A DNA stretch of 64,000 nucleotides from Octopus bimaculoides (Eukaryota), in contig NC_068984.1 in the NCBI RefSeq assembly GCF_001194135.2, positions 119,823,109 to 119,887,108 on the forward strand, written 5' to 3'. Positions 26,075 through 38,550 of this stretch are shown here, piece after piece. A program made the translations under genes and the position numbers. Under the pieces are notes generated by a model. The model saw nothing but the letters and a program-made list of their open reading frames with translations. It did not search any database and was not told the DNA's origin. Position 1 is the stretch's first letter; every line of letters begins with the position of its first letter.

Positions 26075-26410
26075 TTAAGCCTTGTAAGGTAGGGTCCTTT
26101 GAATGAGTACTTATTTTTTAATCTAGTACTTGTGTCAGTCTCTTTTGCTTGACCATTGAGTTACAGGGATGTAAACAAACCAACACTGGTTGTCAAGTGG
26201 TCGGGGGCCGAGGCTAATCATAAAAAACATTAAGTGGTGATAAGAAGTTTGCTACCCAATCATATGATTTCAGGTTCAATCCCACTGTGTGGCAAGTTAG
26301 ACAAAGCCTTGTGAGTAGATTTGGTGGGCAGAAACTAAAAGAAACCTGTTGTGTGTGTGTGTGTGTGTGTGTGCGCGCGCATGTGTATGTGTGCGTGTGT
26401 GTGTGTGCGC

Positions 26411-26700
26411 ACACATGTGACTCAGTGGTTAGAGTATTGGGCTTACAGTTGTGAGGTTGTATGTTGTGTTCTTGAGCAAGACACTTGCTCCAGTTCACTC
26501 AGCTGTAGAAATGAGTTGCGACATCACTAGTGCCAAGCTGTATCAGCCCCTTTGCCTTTCCCCTGGACAATATCAGTGGCATGGAGAGGGGAGACTGGTA
26601 TGCATGGGCGACTGCTGGTCTTCCATAAACAACCTTGCATGGAAATTGAGCCTCCCATGGTGCAATCCCATGGTCATTTGTGACTGAAGGGAGTCTTTAC
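26411..26700 (+). mobile_element. SINE family B, inserted after the microsatellite of a SINE A 5' half
   Basis: gtgactcagtggttagag head; matches 12522-12792. Confidence 0.8.
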
Positions 26701-26821
26701 CTTTATGTATTTAAATATATATAAATCTCAAAAGTGGAACAAGAATGCAAGAGATGACAATAAAACATCTGGACAGATAGATGATACAAAGGCAGACAGG
26801 AAAAACAACAAAAAGACAGAC

Positions 26822-26862
<41 letters not shown>

Positions 26863-26985
26863 GGCATCCAGCTGTAGAAAACCATGCCAAATCAGACTGG
26901 AGTCTGGTGCAGCCTTCCAGCCAGAATAGACAACAGACATTAAATGATGATGATGATTATATATATATATATTTTTATTTATATA

Positions 26986-28445
26986 ACCAAAGTCCTAATA
27001 AGTAGGAAGGTAGACAAAACACAAACCTCTTCAGGTAGATGGCCCTGCTCGATCTGTAGAAAAGGCATAGGTAGAAACTCCATAAGATGTACCCAGTGTA
27101 AGCTAAGGACACATAAGAGGTGCAGCAATATCAAAGGAAGGCTAACTAGAAAGATAGTTTTTGTATGTGGCAGATTCTCAGGAGCAATAAACACTGAAAA
27201 TGTGCAGAAAACAACCTTTGTCACACTCCAGGGAGAAAAACTAGAAGTAGTTGATAGCTTCCGCTACCTAGGTGACCAAGTTTGTAGCGGGAGAGGGTGT
27301 GCTGAAAGTGTAGCTGCTAGAATAAGAATAGCCTGGGAAAAGTTTAGAGAGCTCTTACCTCTGCTGGCGACAAAGGGACTCTCACTCAGAGTAAAAGGTA
27401 GACTGTATGACGCATGTGTACAAACAGCCATGCTACATGGTAGTGAAACATGGGCCGTGACTGCTGAGGACATGCGTAAGCTTGCAAGAAACAAAGCCAG
27501 TAAGCTCCGATGGATGTGTAATGTCTGTGTGCATACTCGGCAGAGTGTAAGTACCTTGAGAGAAAAGTTAGACCTAAGAAGCATCAGTTGTGGTGTGCAA
27601 GAGGGATGATTGTGCTGGTGTGGTCATGTAGCGAGAATGGATGAGGATAGCTGTGTGAAAAAGTTCCACACCCTAACAGTTGAGGGAACCTGTGGAAGAG
27701 GTAGACCCAGGAAAACCTGGGATGAGGTGGTGAAGCATGACCTTCAAACTTTAGGCCTCACGAGGCAATGACTAATGACTGGGACCTTTGGAAATATGCA
27801 GTACGTGAGAAGACCTCTGCCAGAAGTGTAGCCAGCTCACTTATTCATATCTTTACTTCATTGGACACTAAAAACTCTGCTTGCGAAGACCTGTTGAGGC
27901 AAGTGAATTTGAAATCTGAAATCGAAATCGAACCGAATCTGACGACTGGCACCCATGCCAACCTCTCCTTCATTGGACACTAAACTCTTCTTGCGAAGAC
28001 CTGTTGTGGCAAGTGAAATCGAAATCGTAATTGAACCATATTCAATGACTGGCACCTGCACCAGTGGAGCACTAACGGCACTGTCCAAGCGTGTTCATTG
28101 CCAGAGCAGCTGTCTGGCTTCCGTGCTAATGGCCCATAAATAGCACTATTTGAGCGTAATCATTACCAGCGTCACCTTCTAGCACTTGTGCTGGTGGCAT
28201 GTTAGAAAATCATTCGAACGAGGTCGTTGCCAGTGCCTCTGGACTGGCTCCCGTGCAGATGGCACATAAAAAAAACACCTTTTTGAGCGTGGCCGTTGCC
28301 AGTACCGTGTGACTGGCCCTCATGCCGGTGGCATGTAAAAGCACCCACTACACTCTTGGAGTGGTTGGCATTAGGAAGAGCATCCAGCTGTAGAAACTCA
28401 GATTGGAGCCCGGTCCAGCTTTCTGGCTTGCCAATCCTCAGTCAT
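26986..28445 (+). mobile_element. RTE-clade LINE, 5'-truncated: PHD-like finger, RT C-terminal part, 3' UTR
   Basis: TKVL...WPCSIC...CTQCKLRTHKRC...VCGR...LEVVDSFRYLG...ARIRIAW.KF...KGRLY.ACV..AMLHGSETW...RGRPRKTWDEVV; UTR has a ~115-bp duplication and ~65-bp hairpin units. Confidence 0.9.
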
Positions 28446-28491
28446 TAGAAGGCTGTGGCCATATCGGTGTACAACCTTGAAAGGTTTGGTC

Positions 28492-28821
28492 CAAGGGTTC
28501 TCAATCATTTTATGTCTGTGGACCCCTTTAATTGCTACTTTGCTCTGATGGACCCACATAACCATTTGATGTTTAAAAACTAGTTTTATACAAATTTCTT
28601 TAAAAATTCTCATTTTGCTTTTTACATATTAACTTGTGCTAGTTGAACTGTGTAAAATGTTAGAGAAAGAAACTGAGCTGTTTCTTGCAATATATACTAA
28701 TACATACATCTAGAGCAAAATTCTTTCAGGGGCCCTTAAAATATTATTGTGGAGTTCCAATTTACTATTTTGTTGCATGGACCTCCTAAACTCTTATATG
28801 GGCCCCAGTTTAGAACCACCG
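28492..28821. mobile_element. hAT-type MITE (empty-site counterpart of 45881)
   Basis: Ends CAAGGGTTCTCAA / TTTAGAACCACCG; body homologous to 45881-46423. Confidence 0.7.
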
Positions 28822-29905
28822 AACCACCAAGTTACAGGGATTTAAACAAACCAACACTGCTTCTCAGCCTGGGGTTATACAAAAAGATATTTGCCCGAGC
28901 AAGGTGATACACAGTGTGACTGAACCTGAAAGGAAGTGGTTGGGAAACAGACTTCTTTACCATATAGCTACACTCGTGCATATGACCTGTCTGCACCTAA
29001 TAATACTAACTTTCATTTACATAATTGCCTGGACATACATTTCTTTCAGTAAGCACTGAAACACGCAGTGGACACTGTGAATGATCTGATTTACACAGTT
29101 CCATCTGTTGCTTTATATAATACAAATACACTAAAGGTCAGTTAGCTCCAAGCATGTATAGAGAGAGCAATAGCACAACCTTTTGCTAAATAAACTTTAT
29201 ATATTCTAGGAAGTTACTTATGTGACTGACTAGCATGCCTGATGTGAATTGTATAACCTGTTGGATTATTTCTTTTATGTACAATAAGAACAAGCCATTG
29301 GTAAACACTGAGGTTTGTGAGAGACAGTATGTATATATATATATATATATATATATNNNNNNNNNNNNNNNNNNNNNNNNNNNNNNNNNNNNNNNNNNNN
29401 NNNNNNNNNNNNNNNNNNNNNNNNNNNNNNNNNNNNNNNNNNNNNNNNNNNNNNNNNNNNNNNNNNNNNNNNNNNNNNNNNNNNNNNNNNNNNNNNNNNN
29501 NNNNNNNNNNNNNNNNNNNNNNNNNNNNNNNNNNNNNNNNNNNNNNNNNNNNNNNNNNNNNNNNNNNNNNNNNNNNNNNNNNNNNNNNNNNNNNNNNNNN
29601 NNNNNNNNNNNNNNNNNNNNNNNNNNNNNNNNNNNNNNNNNNNNNNNNNNNNNNNNNNNNNNNNNNNNNNNNNNNNNNNNNNNNNNNNNNNNNNNNNNNN
29701 NNNNNNNNNNCTGGCTGGCTGACTGGCTGGCTGGCTGACTGGCTGGCTGGCTGGCTGGATGGATGGATGGATGGGTGAGTGAGTGGGTGAGTAGGTGGGT
29801 TAGCAAACAGCATAATTTCATTACACCCTCTTGAAAGTTAACAGCTTACTGTATATGTGTGTGTGCATGCATATGCACATGTGTATGTGTGTGTGTATGT
29901 GTGTG

Positions 29906-29937
<32 letters not shown>

Positions 29938-30148
29938 TATAAATATAGGATAGTGGTACAACAATGCACTAATATTTACTGGAAATAGCAGTCAATAATA
30001 TACGACGCCATAGTAAAGCTTCACTGTATACATATATATATTGGGAAGCAATACTACTGTATTGCACTATTTAATAATTTTTTCTCTCTATATATACGCA
30101 TGTAAGCATGCATGTGTGTGTATATATATATATATATACACATGCATA

Positions 30149-30355
30149 TGAGGGGGTATTGAAAAGTTCCTGACTTTAAAAGTATTGTGAAAGGCTTGGT
30201 TGGAGGGCCAACCTCCCAAGTTCTTTTACAGGGCTTAAAAAAACTGAAAGCCTGCTGCAATAAGTGTGTGGAATCTAAGAGGGGAATAAGTTGGATAAAA
30301 TCATAATTAACTGATCCTCCTGAATCTTCGTTAGGAACTTTTCTGCAACCCTTTG
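30149..30355 (+). mobile_element. Mariner deletion derivative
   Basis: TA|TGAGGGGGTATTGAAAAGTTCC...GGAACTTTTC TIR-like ends; internal GLKKLKACCNKCVE resembles a mariner transposase C-terminus. Confidence 0.6.
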
Positions 30356-30469
30356 TGTATGTATGTATGTATATATATATATATATATATGTATATAACA
30401 TTTCTCTAACATAACAATTTAAATATATACTTTAACCATATAACACAAGCCTTCTGTAGTTTTTTCACT

Positions 30470-30690
30470 CTCTTTTGTCTTTTATACATCCAACCACGTG
30501 CTTTCCCATACCAACTCTCTCACCTATGTATTTTTTTCTCCGTGTTTTTCTCCTTGTCTCCGTATTCTTTCTGTTGAAGAGCGTAGCTCGAAACGTCAAA
30601 GACTTTCCGTATTCCCTAGCGTCATACTAATATATACTTTTGTTATTTACACCACCTGTCCTCGTCTGTTGTTATTATTTGTATATACTC

Positions 30691-30692
<2 letters not shown>
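30470..30692 (+). mobile_element. Short non-coding repeat with a minimal hammerhead-ribozyme-like motif (possibly Penelope-derived)
   Basis: TCTTT-CTGTTGA-A-GAGC(GTA)GCTC-GAAA-CGTC-AAAGA at 30566-30602; second copy at 23201. Confidence 0.5.
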
Positions 30693-30731
<39 letters not shown>

Positions 30732-32037
30732 GCTAGCATAGAAACCAAATGTTGAATGATGAAAATGATAATTATGTATGTGTGTCATTAAAAATTCTAA
30801 TATAACTAGATTTTGAATATGTATTTGCAATTTACTAGCTCTTTCAAGTTTTATAGTAACAAATCTTCAGGTGAATAGTGCTGTGATAGTCTGTAAATGT
30901 ATATATGTGTGTCTGTGTGTCTGTACACAGTGAATATCATATATTGTTAGACACTAACACAGTGGTTTAAATGTAGACCACAAATTGATGTTTGCTTTTA
31001 TCAAAAGCCATCTAACACCATACATGGTGATGTCAAGAGCTATGCTATTGTCATCACCTTTTAAACTAATCAGCTGGTACAGCAGCCATCCATCTCTTCA
31101 AATGCACTACTGTCAATAAATACATTTGCAACAGCTTCTTTCTGGACCATTTGTTAACAGTTGCAGCAGGTTGCATGGCGACACTTAGAACCAGCAGCAG
31201 CAGCAGCAGTAGCTATGTCATTGCCAATCAGCTGCTGCACCTTTCCATTTATCTACTCCTATATGCTAGCATCTAATGTCACTGCATTTCAAGCAACTAG
31301 AGTCTCAATAAAGGTAATACTGTATTTTTCAGCATATAAGCTGAAGTTTTCAGACCTGAATTTATTGTCAAAGAAACGTACAACGTTGGTGGCATGGAGA
31401 GGAGAGACTGGTATGGATGGGCGACTGCTGGCCTTCCACAAACAACCTTGCCCGGACTTGTGCCTCAGAGGAGAACTTTCTTACTGCAATCCCATGGTCA
31501 TTTGTGACTGAAGGGAGTCTTTATCTTCACACACACACACACACACGCACGCACGCACGCGCGCGACAGATAATAAGAGATGGATATATGACAGATAATG
31601 AGAGATGGATATGTTGGGTATGTATGTATGTATGTATGAATGAATGAGTAACAAAGATGTACGGGTGTTAATTCATTACAGCCTTTTCAAGCAACTCCTT
31701 TAATTGATTAATGACAACATTACATCATTGCAAAGAAACTGTTTTCATCAGATGACTGCATAGACTTGAAACACAAATGACCAACCAACTGCTTTAACAT
31801 ATTCATATCACCAACTGGAGTTCAAATATTTACTTTGAATCTGCTGCTATTTCTTTGGTAGAATGAGTTAGAGAATAGTCTATGTAGTGTTGAACCTATT
31901 AGAATTAAGAGGTTATTAGAGGTTATAGTGGAGGGAGGAATAATTGAGAGTAATGACCTAGTTACCTACACTTTGAAGTGTAGGTAACACACACACATAC
32001 ACGGGCACGCACACACACACACACATACACGGGCACG

Positions 32038-32099
<62 letters not shown>

Positions 32100-32102
<3 letters not shown>

Positions 32103-32475
32103 GCACAAGCATGGTTGTGTAGTAAGAAGTTTGCTTCCCAACCACATGGTTCCTGGTTCAGTCCTACTGTGTGGTACCTTCAGCAAGGCCAACAAAAACC
32201 TTGTGAGTGGATTTGTTGGATGGAAACTGAAAGAAACCTGTTGTGTGTGTGTGTGTGTGTGTGCATGTGTTTGTCCCCTGCCACCGCTTAACAACTATTG
32301 TTGGTTTGTTTAACATCCTTGTAACTTAGCAGTTTGGCAAAAAAAGGTTGATAGATAAGTACCAGGCTAGAAAAAAAAAAGAAAAGGTACTGTGGTCAAT
32401 TCATTCAACTAAAAATTCTTCAAGGCAGTGCCCCAGTATGGTCGCAATCTAGTGACTGAAACAAGTAAAAGATAA
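32100..32475 (+). mobile_element. SINE A
   Basis: Colinear with 51419-51850. Confidence 0.8.
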
Positions 32476-32916
32476 ATGATGAAAGATATACACACATATG
32501 TGTGTGTATATGTAGATTTATATGTATAGAAATATATGTTCTATTGTTTTATTTCATTTCATGGTTAAGAGATTATAAGGGTCAAACATCTAATTGGATC
32601 AAAACGAATATATTGTGATCATCATTATTTAACATCCCTTTTCTTATACTGGCATGGATTGGACAGTTCTAAAGGAACCAAGCTCCGTGACTGTTTTGGC
32701 AGGGTTCTTCAGCTGGATACCCTTCTTAATTACAATCACTTTAAAGAGTGTACTGGGTATTTTTTTGTGACACCAGCACTAGTGAGGTCGTCAGGTACTT
32801 AGCAGACAAGCTCTTCAGCTGAGTGGGGTATAGGATTGAAGGACGTGAAAGAATGGTAGGAACTGGTAGGTGTTTTACTGAAGAGGTGAATATATAGCTT
32901 CCTCAGCTGAAGAAAG

Positions 32917-32976
<60 letters not shown>

Positions 32977-33617
32977 TGATAAGTAGATAGATTGAGAGGG
33001 AGAGAGAGAGAGAGAGAAATGTTGAAGACATACTTTCAGGGTACAAGGTGAAAATGAGAGAGAGAGAGAGAGAGAAAAAGAGAAAGAGAGAGAGAGGGTG
33101 GAGGCATACCCTCAAATTACAAGATGGATTTGAGAGACAGAGAGATTAGGGATAGAGGAACAAAGAAAGTGGATGGGTAGGCAGGTAGGTCGGTTGGTAA
33201 GTACATTAGAACACAAGAAGAGTGTGACAGATAATAAGAGATGGAGATGGAGGTAGTTGCAGTGAATATTGGTTTTTGGGGGAAAGAGGGAGTGAAGGAA
33301 ATGGGAGAAGGAGGAGGAAGTGATGAGATACAATGTGAAGTGTTGGGGAGAAATAGCATCATTTACAGCACCTGAAAGGGTAGTGTCACATTTAGGAGAC
33401 TGCGGGTGTGGTTGGTGTTTGAAGATGATTTGTTGAGGGTTTCACAGAACCTTATTTTTTGCTGAGGCAGATGAATCTTCTGAAGGGCAGGAGGTTGCCA
33501 TTCATCTCTGTCTTTTGTCCTCTCCTCCATGAGTTGAACATTTTGAGATCAGTCTTCAGTACTTCATGCACGCGCATGCATGCACACACACATACAAACA
33601 CACACACACACACAGAT

Positions 33618-33958
33618 GCAGGCATGGCTGTATGATTAGGAAGTTTGCTTTGCAACCATGTGCTTTAAGGTTCAATCCCATTGTTACACTTTGAGCAGAT
33701 ATCTTTTACTACAACCTTGTGATTGGACATAGAATGATATCTTTGTTTAAGATCTGTCATGATAGCATGTGCAACTATTGAACTATTTGGTGTTTGAAGA
33801 ACCTGGAGATGTAGTTTCTTACACGTGAGGGTTGGTGACATGAAAAGCATCCAGCTGCAGAAGGAAAGAAACAAGAAAAACTGCCTTAATAAGTTTTGTC
33901 TGACCTATACAGCATAGAAAAGTGAACATTAAAATGATGATGATGATGATGATGATGT
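33618..33958 (+). mobile_element. SINE A'
   Basis: gcaggcatggctgtatg head; tail gaaaagcatccagctg...catagaaaagtgaacattaaaa(tga)n. Confidence 0.6.
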
Positions 33959-34283
33959 ATGCATGCATTTAGGTATACAAATAGAAGGAAATGTATTCAG
34001 AACAGGTTAAAAGATTTTAATCTTTCATCATTTAGTGCACACAGCAACAAATAAACCCACCAGCCTCTGTTTGCAGCTTGGATCACATGGTTTTTATGGC
34101 TGATCGCACTCTCTCTCCCCCACCACTCAGCATGGCATAAACTGGTGCATTGATGACAGAGTGAATGACCGACTAATATATGTGTGCATGTGCATCTGTG
34201 TATGTGTGCATGTGTGTGTATAAATACTCACACACACATGTATGTATATATATATGTATATACATATATGAGTGTGTGTGTGT

Positions 34284-34356
<73 letters not shown>

Positions 34357-35039
34357 TACATACATATGGTTAGAATACTTGTTATGTTGATATATCTGCT
34401 GAAACTATAGTAAGAGGATTAAAACACAACACAACCCTACACATGTCTTGCTTAGATTTGTACTCTAATTTCTCTTTAAATACAACTGTAAACAATGTAC
34501 AATTAGTTCTGTATATATATACTTACACCTAAAGACAATATTCAATAATATCACTAACCTAAATTCACCTCTTAATAACAGATAATCAGTAAAAAGAAAA
34601 AATCTATTTGGCTTGGACAAAAGAGATTTAGACAGAGTAAGTGAGAATGTTAGAGGTGGTGGGAGGTGAGGTTGTACATGCCTACCACCACCTCTAGTGA
34701 TAGAAGGTAAGCCATTTCCAAGAAAATACTTGAGGGTGTTAAGAGGTCATAAATCAAGGGAAGTGGTGGGGTCGCTGGAAGGTTTATAATACAATTAGTG
34801 AGGTTTAATCAGGTGAGTGAAATATCAGGAAAATATTTGATTATGAAATAATTTGTGTGTCTGTCTGTCTGTCTCTGTGTGTGTGTTACCTTGCTGTTTT
34901 GGTTTGGATGGGACATTTTGTGGCAGTGTTTTATGGCCAGATGCTATTCCTGATGCCAATCCTTTTGTTTCTTGCATCTTACAATAGTACAACAGGCAGG
35001 GATACAATGTACATAGTCTAAAAACAACTTGAAACATGA

Positions 35040-35357
35040 TGTGGAGGCATTTAGCTCAGTGGTTAGGGTATGCTGCTCACAACCTTATGATCATGAGTTC
35101 AATATCCAGCAATGGATTGTGTCCTTGAGCAAGATACTCATTGCTCCAGTCCACTCAGCTGGCAAAGATGAGTCGTACCTGTATTTCAAAAGGCCAACCT
35201 TGTCACATCCCGTGTCACACTGAGTCTCTCTGAGAATTACATTAAGGGTATATGTGTCTGTGGAGTGCTCAGCCACTTGCATGTTAATTTCATTAGCAGG
35301 CTGTTCTGTTGATTTGGTCAACTGGAACCATGGTCATCGTAACCAATGGAGTGCCAG

Positions 35358-35360
<3 letters not shown>
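35040..35360 (+). mobile_element. SINE family G
   Basis: gtggaggcatttagctcagtggttaggg A-box, gagttcaat B-box; matches 3645-3920; ends at a (TA)n tract. Confidence 0.8.
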
Positions 35361-35398
<38 letters not shown>

Positions 35399-36068
35399 AT
35401 TGTGATGTCTTCCCTGAGGAGCATCAAATATATCAGGAAATGGTCCATTAGGAGACTTCCTCCTCTTTTTACCATACATTGAAAGCATAGAATGAATGTG
35501 TTTACATTTTCATATAGTTGATTATCGCAGTTAATGTTTTCTGATATTTAAATTTATTTCCATACTTGTGACTTATCTGTGATTTGAGGAAGATATTCTT
35601 GCTATTTCTTGTAAGCCAAGTAACTGTAGATTCTCCCTTGTGCTTCATTATGCTCCAGTGTACCCACAAATGTCTGAAACACTCTCTGGAGGGAGTGGAG
35701 CAATAGAAAATTTGATATGGGTATTGGGGACAAAGAGGACACTAGTGAGAGTGGGGTGGCAATGAATATATCTTTTGACTGCCCCAAGTTTCAAAAATAT
35801 TTTCAGTTTTTAGCTTGAGTGTGACTCAATTGGTAAAATTAGTGGTTGAAGTGTTGCTTAGGTTTTTCATATTATATTGATGAAATGATTTATGCTCAAG
35901 TAGTCTTTTAATAGCGATCAGCCTGTCACCAGCAATTTTTTGTTGTGTATTTTATTTTGCTGAATTGTAGCTGGGAGGCGTTGAAAAGAGTTAGTTAAAA
36001 AAAAAAAGGAGGTAGTAATTAAAAATGAGAAGCACAGCTCTAAACAGTTTTGTATTGCTTCTGACCTG

Positions 36069-36130
<62 letters not shown>

Positions 36131-37339
36131 TCATTAGCAATCAGTAGAAATTAAATATTAATTGAAACATTTGTTCAACTTAACAAAATGCCATATATTT
36201 TAATGAAGATTTCTCTTAGCATCTCCTTACTTTTTTTCTCCTTCTGATCCACACCACATTCATCATTGTTAGTATCAACTCTAACAATTACTATGGCATT
36301 GATAAATGCTGCAGTTACTGTGAGTTGACAAGGGATCTTCTGTATGGGTCACTCAATCTTTTAGAAATAGCAACCAGCTTTCTTTCATATCATTCCCTCT
36401 TCAATAACATCTTCAATAAGGGAAGGACATAGTAGATAATGTAGTCCTTAATACTTCCTGAAAAAAAAAGCTGGATGGTCACTGCTGGACTGCTTCAACC
36501 ATAGGCCTGGTACAATCAATGCTGACCTGCAGCTAAACAACAACTTCTATCATCACAACCACCATCACCATCTATTTAATGTCTGTTTTCCCTAACCCTT
36601 GAGATTACCCACATCTGTTGAATATCTTTTCATTTCATGTGACTTTCCATCATTCATTCTATGTGGTTCAATTTACTTAAATTTGATCTAACTACCTTCT
36701 CTCATGTTTGTTTTAGCATCAATTTAAAAAAAATACCATCTGTTACTTTTAATTTCCAAGATCATTTTCAAATTGGTTTATAACAATGCATTTGTTACAT
36801 TCATGAATATTATATGGTCAAAATCATCTCTCAAATTGCTAAAACTTGTTATTGGCAATATCAGCAATGACTATTTCCAATCTTTCAGATCTAAAAAAAA
36901 GAACTTAAGCCATGTATTTGAGAATGCACATGTGCTCAGACACACATATCTATTCATACAAACATACTTACAGAGGACTACACATACCTCAAAATAAATA
37001 TTTATCTAGCAATAACTTGCTTGCTAATACCTTTGGGGCATCTTTGAACTGTATTCTTCTTTTATAGTCTTGCTGACTCTATATATATTATAATTTCATA
37101 TAAAAACAGAAGATTGGGAAAATTTGTCATTTTTTAATTCCGTGTTACACATGTTTCATTACAGACTAAGAATCACAAAAGTAAACATGTTGGAAAAAAT
37201 GTATAGAATATACATTATATTATAATTCTATAATCTCAGGTCTTTCTGTTAATCCCTTAACTTTTCTTCCCTGTGGACTACATCCTTCTGGAATGTTCTT
37301 CCTACTCATGTTAACTCTACAACCATTCAGTATCAGTTC

Positions 37340-37520
37340 CTCCTGTGCTCTTGAGCACATTGGGCAGCAAGTTGATGCCACTGGTTTCTGTTAGTTGCTA
37401 TTTTCTCTACACCTGGCTGTGTGATATCAGCCTATATCATGTCAGTTATGAATGTTCTGCACTGTGTAGTTTTTGGCCTTCTCTTTCTTTTCCCTCTGGC
37501 AGTGTCTGTTCGAATGGAAC
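37340..37520 (-). mobile_element. RTE-type LINE ORF C-terminal remnant (different family)
   Basis: RGKRKRRPKTT..RT...D...EKIA.NRNQW..L resembles the RTE terminal GKRKRGRPK.TW...A.DR..W motif. Confidence 0.5.
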
Positions 37521-37526
37521 CATTAC

Positions 37527-37988
37527 TTGACACTAATTCCAAGTGAGTATCAAGTAGGTTTTGATCACTGGGATGGTAAGCGCCTTGACAGAATAACCCT
37601 CTTCCCATAGAAGTGAGGCAAATCCATAATCTGGGACATGATGTGCTGCGACACATTCTCTGGCTCCAATCTTGCTACACTGGCTGCAAACCTGGGCATC
37701 ACTGCCTGTAATGCAGAGAAGAGGAAGATAAACAAATACAGGAATCTGAGTGGCCACTGTCAGTTTGTGCCAGTTGCTGTCAAGGCCTCAAGTGTTCTTG
37801 GACCCTGCATTGCTGATTTTGTCAGAAAAATCAGGATAACTGCAACCGGTCTGAGAGATGAGTCCCGTGAGGTAGAATGGCCGTTACAGCAAGTCCCACT
37901 GGTTATTCTCTGTGGTGATACCTTTATGCAATTGCGTCTGTGCAGCATGGCTGAACATGCCATTTGGTCTGGGGTGTACAGCTTGTAA
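37527..37988 (+). mobile_element. CRE-clade non-LTR retrotransposon RLE fragment
   Basis: IPS...DGKRLDRITLFP*K*GKSIIWD.MCCDT...AE.RK..KY..L...QFVPVAV...GP...F.....E..W..Q.V.L.I..G fits the CRE pattern DGKRPDG.TL.PW..GK.L.WD.TC.DT. Confidence 0.75.
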
Positions 37989-38230
37989 CCCCCCCTCCAT
38001 CTGCTGCTTACCTGCTCCTTTTTTCTTTTTCTTTGTTTCCTTGGTAAGGTAGTTCAGAGATTTTCTTTTTCTTGATAATTTGATCTTTTATATTTTTAAT
38101 GTTTTCTTTCTTTTCTTCCTGTAAAAATAAGTTGCTAACTAAAAGTACCAGTTGATAAAAATGAAAAAAAAGAAAAGATGCATAAAATAAACAATATGTT
38201 TCTAAATTGTCAGTGAATAAAACAGACATT

Positions 38231-38269
<39 letters not shown>

Positions 38270-38270
<1 letters not shown>

Positions 38271-38550
38271 TATCCTTGTCACACAACCTAGACCAACCTA
38301 GAAGAGAAAGTCTAAGTCATAATCTTTCATTTTAAATTAATGAATTGAATAAAATAATTTTATCTCTGTCATACAATCTAGACTAGCCTGGAGAAAGCCA
38401 TGACCTAATTTTCTCATTTTTAAATGAGTGAATTAAATAAATAAATAAATAAAATAAATAAATAAAACATTATCCCTTCAATAAATAAATAAAATAAATA
38501 AATAAAACATCCCACCAATAAATAAATAAAATAAATAAATAAAACATTAT
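38270..38550. repeat. Degenerate ~90-bp tandem duplication followed by three ~38-bp AATAAA-rich units
   Basis: gtcacacaacctagac / gtcatacaatctagac; (aataaataaataaaataaataaataaaacat) x3. Confidence 0.7.

Noticed and set aside
36773-36997. 74-aa ORF, and a strong minus-strand acceptor near 36890
   Set aside because: All minus frames stop within about 17 codons and no homology was recognised.
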